NCBI RefSeq assembly: GCF_018350175.1
Contig: NC_058383.1
Coordinates: forward strand, 20,958,001-21,022,000
Direction of reading: 5' to 3'
Length of the DNA stretch: 64,000 nt
DNA from: Felis catus
Taxonomy: Eukaryota
A program made the position numbers and the translations under genes. This document shows, piece after piece, positions 27,731 to 38,516 of this stretch. Below the pieces are notes generated by a model. The model made no database searches. It was not told where the DNA came from and worked only from the letters and a program-made list of their open reading frames with translations. Position 1 is the first letter of the stretch; each line of letters begins with the position of its first letter.

Positions 27731-27991
27731 AGCAGCTGGTCAGGCAGCCCGAGGGCAGGAAGCGAACACAACTTGGGAAACGCAGACAGGGTGCACAAAA
27801 CAGTGAGAAGGTAGCTCGACTGAGAGTAACAAGAGAGAACCTTCTGGGTGCTTCCAAAGGTCACCAACTGCAGAGCAATCCTAACGAGGAAACATGCCCT
27901 ACATGCAGCTTTTTAGGGTTTTTCAGTATAGAAAGATGGTGGTCAGGGGAGAGTAATGCAGAGTGATGTTCTCGAGGAATTCCTGGGATCC

Positions 27992-28223
27992 TTTTTTTTT
28001 CCCTAATGTTTATTTATTTTTGAGACAGAGAGAGAGACACACACAGAGCACGAGCGGTGGAGGGGCAGAGAGGGAGGGAGACACAGAACCCAAAGCAGGC
28101 TCCAGGCTCCGAGCTGTCCGCACAGAGTCCGACATGGGCCTCGAACCCACAGACCGTGAGATCATGCCCTGAGACCAAATCAAGAGTCGGCCGCTTAACC
28201 AACTGAGCCACTCAGGTGCCCCC
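27992..28223 (-). mobile_element. Can-SINE
   Basis: TSD cctgggatcytt. Confidence 0.93.
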
Positions 28224-29694
28224 CTGGGATCTTTACGCCATCGGCCCCAACCAACGTTTGATGTATCCGTACTACATAACAGTTTCTGTAAATTAAACTT
28301 AGTCTAAGTTTATGAGAAGAGTGTCCTGTATTTCAGGCACTCCCTGGAGTGCGACGTTTCAGAAAACCAATTACCTGGGGGAATTCATGAAAACGTGCGC
28401 AGGTTAATAACAACTGATGCGCACGGACCACGCAGATCAGATCCCAGCACATCATCACCGTTCTCTCCTTGCAAAATCACCGTGGCGTTCTCAGAGGCTG
28501 TGATTCCCATTTTAGAGATGAGAAAACAAAGGCTCAAAGGCTAACTATGTGCCCCATGCACACAAAGCAAGGTAGACACAGCCTCACACCCTGACTTTCG
28601 GACTGCAGGTCCCGCTTTTGTTTTCAAAACCCCACGCAGCTTCGAGGAGTCAGAGCGGCCTGTGACAGGGGCACTCAAGGCTGTCTGCCTCCAATGTCCT
28701 CAGCTCCAACACCCTGCAGAAGCCTTAACCTGGGGGCAAAGGGGAGGGTTTACCTGTACCTGTAGTGAGTAACAAATCCAACACAGGGCCTCTGTGTAAC
28801 TGTTTAATTACTAAAAGGCGAACGACATAGTTCTGATCGTGCGTTTGGAGACACGGAACCCAAATCATTCTTGGCACATAACGGTCCGTCCGAAATAACC
28901 CAAGCCCTTCTAAGACGCTGTCGGTGACACCTCCAAAGGCCACGCGTTACAGTGAAAAGACACCTGCCTTGGGACAACCCACCTGTGTGACCGCGGCACT
29001 GTCACAGGCCCTTCTGAACGTCGGACTCTCTATGTACAAGTGGGGTAAGAAAGTGCCTCCTTTATGAGGCTGCTGGGGGGACCAGAGGAGACAATGTTGT
29101 GAGCTGTAGGGAACCTTTTGGGGAGACTGTCTAGCCCACACAGCTGGATTGAGTGGGTTTCTCTTTCTTGCACCCAAAAATAGGCTTTGCAAAAATAGCA
29201 TCGCGAAAGAGCCTAGAACAATTCCTAGCCAGAGTTCCCAAGAAATGTGTTATTTCTTTCCAGAAGCCTGAAGTTTTGCAAGAAAACTTAGCACACGGAA
29301 GGCACTCCTTGTATTCACTGGTTCACTGATTCAAGATCTGTGCTTCATCAGCCACCACTACGGAGCGCCTACTGTGTGCCAGGCGCAGCTCTGGGTGCTG
29401 GCACATGAACAATGGACAGGACCCCTTGTAGTTCTCCTTCCAGCAAGAGCGAAATGCGTAATTCGGGTGATCTGGGAGGGTCATACATGCTGTGAAGAAG
29501 ATAAAACTGCAGACAAGCTCAGACACAGAAGCAGGTTTTTAAAAAAAACTAGATAGCTGGGAAATGTCGTTTTGAGGAGAGGGAATTTAAGCCAACGTCT
29601 GAAGGATGAGCGGACACAGGTAGTTTAAAGTCTAGGGCCAGAGTATTCCAGGAGGAGGGAACGGGGGGGGGGGGGGGGGGGGAAGCCACTTAAG

Positions 29695-29900
29695 AGGCCC
29701 CCGGGGGTGGCTCAGTCCATTAAGGGTCCAGCTGTTGGTTTCAACTCAGGTCACAACCTTGCGGTTCACGAGTTCGAGCCCCGTGTTGGGCTCCAAGCTG
29801 ACAGCGCGGAGCCTGCTTGGGATTCTCTCTCTCTCTGCCCCTCCCCTGCGAGCGTGTGCTCTGTCTCTCAAAATAATTAAATAAAACTTAAAAAAAAAAA
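29695..29900 (+). mobile_element. Can-SINE, diverged
   Basis: gggtggctcagtc...gagttcgagcccc...A tail. Confidence 0.88.
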
Positions 29901-30711
29901 CCCATCCCTCAAGCAGGAACAAGCGAGGGCCCACGGCAGGAAGGAGGCCACTGCCAGTCTGTTGTTGGGAGCAGATCCCCCACCCAGCCCGTCCTGCACG
30001 TCAGTTAGTCTATCGGCTCGTGGAAACCAAGAGTGTCTGGCAGAGAAAGGTGTGTAATTAGGAGTCACTCCCACGCGGCTGGAAAGACAACCCTTCCAGG
30101 GGACAGGAGCTTCGAGACAAGTAAGAGAAGATGCCATGTGTTTGGGGCCAAAGCCTCGGGTCTGAAGCCCAGCTCCAGTGTCCCGGGCCAAGGACTTGCC
30201 CTGTTTGTGCATTAGTTCACTCCCATGGGAAACACCGGTGATGACAGGACCCCGTCCCAAGGTTCCACCTGAACGAAGCCAGTGCTTGGAGAAGAGCGGA
30301 CACGACCACGACGGGACAGTCACCCCCCACCCCTGCCCCAAACCTTCATCTCCCTGTTCCACTGAAAATAACCATCACTAATCCCCGACTTTGTGTTTCG
30401 CCTCGTGGATCTGCATTTACTAATTCACACCCGTCGGAATGTTAATCCACACTTTGGCATGGCCAGACCACCCTTGAATTGGGGATGTAAGGCCGCCAAC
30501 TTCCCCAGCAAGGAATTGTTACTCGGCGTGTAAGTCCGAACGGACAGAACGTGCGACGTAAGGGAATCCTAGATACGAAGTCCAACATTTGGGCCACGTT
30601 CAGAGAAACCATATCCTCAGACGACTTTCGAACATGCCTGACCTCCACCTGGCAGCTCGTCCCGTACAGGGAAGACCATCTCTGGAATCCCAATAAAAAA
30701 GAAGGGGAGGG

Positions 30712-30826
30712 GGGAGGGTGGGTGATGGGTATTGAGGAGGGCACCTTTTGGGATGAGCACTGGGTGTTGTATGGAAACCAATTGGACAATAAATGTCATA
30801 TATTGAAAAAAATAAAAAAAAAAAAA
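30712..30826 (+). mobile_element. Short felid L1 3' end
   Basis: gggtattgaggagggcaccttttgggatgagcactgggtgttgtatggaaacca; TSD aaaaagaaggggaggggg encloses the L1 and the following SINE. Confidence 0.9.
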
Positions 30827-30828
30827 TA

Positions 30829-31090
30829 GGGGCGCTTGGGTGGTGCAGTCGGTTAAGCGTCCGACTTCAGCCAGGTCACGATCTCGCGGTCCCTGAGTTC
30901 GAGCCCCGCGTCGGGCTCTGGGCTGATGGCTCAGAGCCTGGAGCCTGTTTCCGATTCTGTGTCTCCCTCTCTCTCTGCCCCTCCCCCGTTCATGCTCTGT
31001 CTCTCTCTGTCCCAAAAATAAATAAACGTTGAAAAAAAAAAATTAAATAAATTAATTAATTAATTAATTAAAAAATAAAAAAATTTTTTT
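30829..31090 (+). mobile_element. Young felid Can-SINE in the L1 tail
   Basis: Near-identical to the copies at 12542, 21879 and 32300. Confidence 0.96.
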
Positions 31091-31249
31091 AAAAAGAAGG
31101 GGAGGGGGAGGAATAGGAGGAAGAAGGGGAGGGGAGGAGGGGGGGAGCGGATGGAAGAAAAAAGACATGCCATCCTAGAGAAACAAGTCCTCTCCTCTCT
31201 GATGCCCCTTGGTGAAGTAATAAAATTTTGTTCGTACAACTTTTGCTAA

Positions 31250-32070
31250 ATGTATTCCTAGTTGTTTCATTTCTTTGGTCGCTTCTAGAAATAGAGTATT
31301 TTCTCTCCTTATACTCTCAACACGGTTGGCGTGGGCATATAGGAAAACTCTAGGTTTTGCATAGAAATTTTCTTCCCGATCCCCTTAACGAATCCCACTG
31401 CTGTTCCTAATAGATTCAGGGATGGACTAGTTATCTTGGGTTTTCCATTAAAAGATGAAACTGGGGGCCAAGGGGAAAATTCTACCTCCCCCTTTCTCGT
31501 TCTGTTTCTCATCCAAGTGCATTATCTTATCAAATTCCTGAACAAAGGTAAATAACAGTGATTGTTACGGGCACGGGCGTTCTGGCCTTGTTCGGAATTT
31601 AGCGGGAATGTTTTTAGCGTTACACCATTAAAGATGACGTTGGCTCCAGGGAGGATCCTATTTTATTCGCTGGTGTTCTACACACCAGGAATAAATATTT
31701 AACATTATCAGCTGTATTTTTGGCAGCCATAAGGTGAACCACCGGATCGTTCTCCTTTGCTCATGGTAAGAGCAGATCACATAGGGGCGCCTGGGTGGCT
31801 CAGTCGGTTAAGAGTCCGACTTCGGCTCAGGTCATGATCTCACAGTTTGTGAGTTCGAGCCCCGCATCGGGCTCTGTGCTGACAGCTCAGAGCCTGGAGC
31901 CTGCTTCGGATTCTGTGTCTCCCTCTCTCTGCTCATGCTCTGTCTCTCTCTCTGTCTCAAAAATAAATAAAAAAACATTTTAAAAATTAAAAAAAAAAAG
32001 AGCAGATCACATAGTTTGATTGCCTAAGATCGAACCATCCTTCTATTCCTGGAATAAACCCCACTTGGCC
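31250..32070 (-). mobile_element. Old L1M fragment
   Basis: tgtttttagcgttacaccattaaagatgacgttggct; aaccatccttctattcctggaataaaccccacttgg. Confidence 0.6.
31784..31997 (+). mobile_element. Can-SINE
   Basis: TSD aagagcagatcacatag. Confidence 0.95.
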
Positions 32071-32299
32071 CGAGCTTTCCTTACCTTGGAGTATAATCAT
32101 TTACTTGTCCATTTCGCCATTCTCTTAGCTCCTGCAGACCACTGGTCATGACTGATTCATGTCTGACCTCAGCACATAGCTGACAATCAGTACATGTTTA
32201 AATAGTAAACAAATGAATGAATAAAATAAAAATAACATTGGACCTCCCCAGACTAACCCTTCGTACCTCTTTCTTTTTTTATTTAAAAATTTTTAAGTT

Positions 32300-32537
32300 G
32301 GGGCGCCTGGGTGGCGTAGTCGGTTAAGCGTCCGACTTCAGCCAGGTCACGATCTCGCGGTCCGTGAGTTCGAGCCCCGCGTCGGGCTCTGGGCTGATGG
32401 CTCGGAGCCTGGAGCCTGTTTCCGATTCTGTGTCTCCTCTCTCTCTGCCCCTCCCCCGTTCATGCTCTGTCTCTCTCTGTCCCAAAAATAAAAAACGCTG
32501 AAAAAAAATTAAATTAATAAATAAATAAATAAATAAA
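32300..32537 (+). mobile_element. Young felid Can-SINE inserted in the tail of an antisense SINE
   Basis: TSD taaaaatttttaagtt. Confidence 0.96.
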
Positions 32538-32544
32538 TAAAAAT

Positions 32545-32747
32545 TTTTAAGTTTATTTATTTATTTTGAAGGGGAGAGAGCCAGGGAGGGACAGAAAGAG
32601 AGAGAGGCAGGGACAGAGAATCCCAAGCAGGCTCCGTGCTGTCAGCACAGAGCCAGACGCGGGGCTCGAACTCACGAACCGTGAGACCGTGACCTGAGCC
32701 GAAATCAAGAGTTGGACGCTTCACCAACTGAGCCACCCAGGCGCCCC
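32545..32747 (-). mobile_element. Can-SINE
   Basis: Reverse head ...ccacccaggcgcccc; outer TSD gtacctct. Confidence 0.92.
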
Positions 32748-33215
32748 TGTACCTCTCTCTAAGTTAAAATACTCAGAAAGATCAGGCATCTGTCCCAGAC
32801 TGGATTCTTCGTATGTTTAACAAACATGTGGTTTAACTGGCCCCCACTTCGAGCAACAGAAGCCTTGAACACCTGGTCCTTAGGGGGAGACTATCCCCTA
32901 GTTTCAGTGAGACTAACTCTGTTTCCCTGCCCCCACCACTACCCCAACCTAAAAGAGTGACCACATCACCCAGGCCTGATTGGAGTATGGCACCCTGACT
33001 GCTGCAGGAGCAGGCTCATCACCTGACCTGGGCCAGAGGAATCTCCAGGAATCTCTTACAGAAGCTCCTAAGAAAAATGACTTCAAAAGAATTGATAAAC
33101 ATAATATCTATTTGTCTGAGGTTGCTGCTTACCTAGTTACCTAAAATATGGTGAGATGACCTATCTGAGAATAAAGCAAGGTAGAGAAAACCATGGCAAA
33201 GAACGGAAAGAGACA

Positions 33216-33400
33216 GGGGGCGCCTGGGTGGCTGAAACGTTTAAGCGTCCGACTTTGGCTCGGGTCATGATCTCGTGGTTCGAGAGTTCAAGCTCTCAGC
33301 ACAGAGCCCACCTTGGAGCCTCTGTCTCCCTCTCTCTCTACCCTTCTCCAGCTCACATGCTTTCTCTGTCTCTATCAAAAATAAATTAATTAAAAAAAAA
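33216..33400 (+). mobile_element. Can-SINE (1 of tandem trio)
   Basis: Head, internally deleted body, tail. Confidence 0.88.
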
Positions 33401-33407
33401 GAATGGA

Positions 33408-33642
33408 GGGGCGCCTGGGTGGCTCAGTCAGACGAGCATCAGACTTCAGCTCAGGTCGTGATCTCACACACAGTTCATGGGTTCAAGCCCCACATTGGGC
33501 TCTGTGCTGACAGCTCGGAGCCTGGAGCCTGCTTCTGATTCTGTGTCTTCCTCTCTCTCTGCCCCTCCCCTACTCATTCTCTGTCTCTCAAAAATAAATA
33601 AATGTGAAAAAAAAATTTTTTTAATAAAAAAATTTAAAAAAA
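33408..33642 (+). mobile_element. Can-SINE (2 of tandem trio)
   Basis: Full-length. Confidence 0.92.
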
Positions 33643-33649
33643 GAACGGA

Positions 33650-33870
33650 GGAGCACCTGGGTGGCTCAGTCAGACGAGCATCAGACTTCAGCTCAGGTCA
33701 CAATCTCACAGTTCATGGGTTCAAGCCCCACCTTGGGCTCTGTGCTGACCACTGAGAGCCTGGAGCCTGCTTCGGATTCTGTGTCTCCCTCTCTCTCTCT
33801 CTCTGCCACTCCCCCATTCACGCTCAGGCCCTCTCTCAAAAAATGCATAAACATTTTTAAAAATTAAAAA
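33650..33870 (+). mobile_element. Can-SINE (3 of tandem trio)
   Basis: Full-length; outer TSD ggaaagagaca. Confidence 0.92.
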
Positions 33871-35822
33871 ATATGTGTTTCTTAAAAATTTTTTAAAAAT
33901 GGAAAGAGACAAAGACCTAGTGATATCATTTGAGCCCCTGGATCCAGCTTTACCTGAAGTCATTATCCCCTAGACTTCCTAATTACTTAAGCCAGTAAAT
34001 TACCTTTTCTGTAGCTTCAGTTCAATTTCTATTACTTGCAACCAAAAAAAAAATATTGTCTAATTCATGCGTTGCTTTGTTTCCCCATGAATATGCTTTG
34101 TACATTCTTAAATAAAGGTTGAAAAAAAAATTAAAGTGAGGAATCCTAACTAGTGAGTATTAAAACAAAAACATTCAACCGCCTGCTTTTAATTAATGGC
34201 AAGATGGGCTGAAAGGCTCCCTTAGTGAATTATAATTTCAGACTGAAATTCCCCAGACAGTTATAGAGGGAGCTTGTTAAACCGCAGAAACCAATGGAAT
34301 CAAGAGATTACTTTAACAGGGTGGTGGTTCAATCGGTTCCAGAGATATCATCCATTATGCAAAACCAAAACCTTTAAAACTTCTTACCATACAACCCCAG
34401 CCATCTCTCATCCACCTAAAATCTCAAGGCCTCTCTCCTGACTCCATTTAAAAGTAAAAATGACTGGTGCGGTCAACAAAAAGAAAAAGGAAAAGAAATA
34501 AATCGTGTCATGACAGTTGGAGACCACCAGTGAAAGGCGCCAAATCTCAAGCCAGGGTGTTTGGCGGGGCCTTCTAGAACAGTCCCAGTCCTGCATTCTC
34601 AAATGCTTTCAGTTCTGCAGAAAAACTGAAGGCAAGCACGCCCTTGGCACTCTAGATGTCTCTGTAGCCTTCCAGGCCAAGCAGCATCACTTCTCCTGTA
34701 GGTTCAAGAAAACGTCAGCGCACAAGCCCGAAGTGCCGGCCCATTTCCCTACCCCGTCCCCTCGGTGAAGGATTCTGGCGGTGGTTACTTCGTGAAATCA
34801 GACTCTTCTCCTCCTTCAGCTCAAGTTACAATAGACCAAATTCTGGAATCTGGTTTTGATTATTCTCTAGAGAGCTACTTAAGAGCTGCTTCAGGGTTTG
34901 AAATCCCTCATTCAGACATAATCTTGAAATAAAAGGCTATATTCAAATGAAAAATGCATTACAGCTTTCTCTTCAGGACCTTTAGTACTTACGGGCAAGA
35001 AAAAAAGAAAAGAAATGCAGGAAAAGGAAGAATGGCACGGGGAAAGGGAGAGAGAAAGACAGGAAAGAAGGGGCGAGCGAAATTTCCTACATCACAATTG
35101 CTTTCATTTTATCATCACATAACCCCTTTTGGAAGTAATATTGTGCCCATTCTACAGATGAAGGAATTGAGGCTTGGTGATCACAGGAGGAAGACGCCGT
35201 GGCTTCTGACTCAGAGACGGATATAAAAACATGCTCTGAAAAATGCTGCTTCTACCCTACTGGCTTCCTCCCTCCAAAAACTCTAACACAGAAGTCGGTT
35301 CTAGGACCAAAGTATTTCCGCGGATGGACCCTATGGAGACAATATAGTCTCATCTAAAAAACGGAAAAAAAAATTTTTTTAAAGAAACAAACAAAGTAAC
35401 CTGAGGACCAACAGAACTAGCAACATGGCAGAGCAAAAGCTAGAACCCAATTATTCCATCTCTCAGGTCTTACTGAACCCACCTGACCGGAATCTATTTT
35501 ATAGGTGCAATTCATCTATCCCGATCACATACCGGCCCTCCTGATTAATGAGGGAACAACTGAAGAGTTGTCCCGCCTTCAAGAAAACGCTCACTGGAAA
35601 CAAAAGAGAAATGTATTTGTGACCTGTCTTCCTCCGCCTCAATGTTCCTGTTTATATCCCATTCCTTTTGTTATTGTTGCAATATATCTGGGAGGTATTT
35701 CCCCCTTGCTGTTGCAAAGTCTGAAAAGGGGCGGAAAATCTACACTGAAATAAGCACATGGAAGCCACAATTCTGGCAACTGCCAAGGGGATGGGTATGC
35801 CAGTTCCGAAACGAGTTTAAAC

Positions 35823-35960
35823 CAGAGGTCGCAAACTGGTAGCGTATCCAGCCCACAGACGTGTTTTGTTTGTCCCACAGTGCTGGCCCACACAACGCTT
35901 TTAAGAAATTTTCATCTGTTTGCCAATGCTAAAAACCAAGAGCTTTCACATCAAAGCCCT
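35823..35960. mobile_element. hAT-Charlie-type MER fragment (MER102/103-like)
   Basis: cagaggtcgcaaactgg...cagcccacagacgtgttttgtttg terminal motif. Confidence 0.55.
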
Positions 35961-36749
35961 CCTCTTACCAGGCGGAGGATGTGGTGATATCTGCACGTGG
36001 AAGGGGATAGCTGGATCACAGAGCAGTAGCCAGTGACCTGTAGACAGAGCACACGCCCCAAGTTTCTCCCCGCCTGGTCTATTTCACTGGGTATCTGAGT
36101 TGGTGACCCGTGGTTGAAAAGGTCAAGCAGCTGTAGATTGCAAAGCCAACCAATCATTATTAGACTTTTCCCAAAAACATCCCCACTAAGAGACTCGTCT
36201 GTCAATATTAGGACAGCTGTGATCAAAGGTAAAGCATATGAGACCAAAATGATTTGAGAAATTAAAAAAAAAAAAAACCGTAGTTGGGTCCATTTGGATT
36301 TCTGCTCTAGGATACTCATTTTTTCAGAAAATACACTCACCTTTATTACTTCATTTATTCCTCCCAACAACCCTGCAAGGAAGGAATTATTCCCAGATAA
36401 ACAAACTGAAACTGAGTGATGTCAAATCAGCCATCTCTCCAAAAATTATCCAACCAGTAGGTTGTAAAACCACATTTTGAACCCAGTTTTGTCCATCTAC
36501 AAACACTGTGCTTTGGGAATAATGAAAGAACACTGTATAAAGCCACAAGGCTTGATTCCACCTCAGGGCCTTTGCACCTGCTCTCCCCCCGCCCCCCCCG
36601 TTGGAAACCTCTTTACCCAGATCTTTACGTGACAGGATCTTAACTCTTTCACTTCGCTTGCATCACCCTCACAGAGAAGTTTTCCCCAGCCATCTGATCT
36701 AACGTAACACAGGCGTGCATACACGCACACACACCAATTTCCCTCTAGA

Positions 36750-36893
36750 CCTCTACTATTCAAAGTGAGGTCCAGAGATCAGAAGTTAGAAATGCAGGCT
36801 CTCAGGCCCCTCCTTAGACCCCCTGAATCAGAATCGCGTATGTTAACAGCATCCCAGGTGATCCATACCCACTTGAAGTTTAAAAAGCACTGC
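36750..36893. mobile_element. MER5A-like DNA transposon
   Basis: ttagaaatgcaggctctcaggcccctccttagaccccctgaatcagaatc...cccaggtgatcc...gtttaaaaagcactg. Confidence 0.75.
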
Positions 36894-38314
36894 TCTACTA
36901 GGTGCCCTGCCCGGTGGAAATATAACCTGAGTCACGAGTGTCGTTTTGAATTTTCTAGTAGCCGCATTAAAAATGTGAAAAGGAAGGCTGTTTGCTGTCT
37001 CCCCTCCCCACCACCAAAATGTCAGTTTCAGGAGCACCAAGTGCTGACTCACCGCTTTACCCCCTGTCCTTAAAACAGTACCAGGTACGTGCTAAATACC
37101 ATCACGTTTGTTAAATGTAAGAAGGTAGTATTTTACGTGGGGCGGGAAGAAAGTAGCACCGTGAGATTCGACAGATGTGGGCAGCTCAACCACGGACCAG
37201 CTGAGCAATCCTGGGCAAGGGATTGGTCCAGGAGCCACCTGTAAGTTCACAGCCCTCACCGTTACACTCAGATGTGACAGGACATCTACAAAGCGCCAGC
37301 CGCTGTAAGTCACAGGTATTCCATAAATGCCAGAGCCTTTCTGGCGTCCTCCCTCGTTCTCTCTCCAGATTCCACATGCACACAGTGCTGCTGTGACCAC
37401 ATTCCTCTGGGAAGCAGGAGCCAGGCCATGGGTACCGTTTTCCTGAGTGATCTTCCCCAGCCAGGGGGCTAAGCGTATTAACTGTTGGCAGCGAAGACAG
37501 CTTGAAACCAGGGAGGGTCGCTTCCCGTCGCCCTGGAGCTGAGTGGTTTCCAAAGCAAAGCAGCCACACGGTCCCTGTACAGCCTGTAAACCACAAGGGA
37601 GGCAGCACCTCAAGGCAGCCCTGTCGCCGTGATGAGTTCTGCTGGGTCGGCCCGCCACCAGGTCCCGCCCCTTAGAGGAGTATGAGTCTGTGCCCAGACA
37701 CAGCTTGGATCAGCCCATTCTGAAAGGTGCATTGTGGCTCTGCCTTTTTCCGTTATTGGTTTGGGGGGGTGGGGAGCGGCGGGTTGAGTCTACCCCCACT
37801 CGTTAATCACTGGCCTGTGTCAATCCACCAAGGGAGGCTTGCTTCTCCCCAGCTTTTAACACCCCCCCATCCTAATCCATTAGTCTATCTTGCCCGGAAA
37901 TCGGATGCACATGTCCTAATCTCAAAAGTGTTTTTAAATCACATTAGATCAACAGCAACGGGAGAAAGCAAAACCCGGATTTAGACATGACTGGTGCGAC
38001 ACCGAGAAAATAAAACTCCCAGGGCTGCTTAGCCGGGATGGGGGGAAAGCCCGAACCAGTGTCACCCAAACACCTGCCCCACGTTCTTCTCCCTCTGGCT
38101 GAAAAAACAAACACCAGAAACACTCGCAGAATTAGCAGCCTGTGGGGAAGCGCACGGCAAAGAAAAAGGAAATAGAACAAGTCGGGGAGAATCAAAACCT
38201 CCCATCAGTCTGTGGCCCTCTCATCCGGCAAGCAGAGGAAGGTGTTGCACAGACCACACCGTGGGTGGGGAGCAAGCGTGACCGGTCAAGTACACACGCG
38301 ACCACGTAGAGATG

Positions 38315-38516
38315 CAGCTGTCCGACACTTGGTTTCCGCTCGGGTCATGATCTCAAAGCTCTGTGCATTCCAGCCCCCTATCGGGCTCTGCACTGACAGG
38401 TGCAGAGCCTGCTTGGGATCCTCCCTCTCCCTCTCTCCGTCCCTCCCCCACTCGCACTGCCTCGGTCTTTCTCAAAATAAATAAATAAACGTAAAAAAAA
38501 AAAAAGAAAAAAAAAA
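38315..38516 (+). mobile_element. Can-SINE, 5'-truncated and diverged
   Basis: gggtcatgatctc...gagcctgcttgggat...aaataaataaataaacg. Confidence 0.85.

Noticed and set aside
18491..29682. Isolated poly-G runs (about 18491, 26326, 29663)
   Set aside because: Simple homopolymers with no supporting context; length unreliable in assemblies
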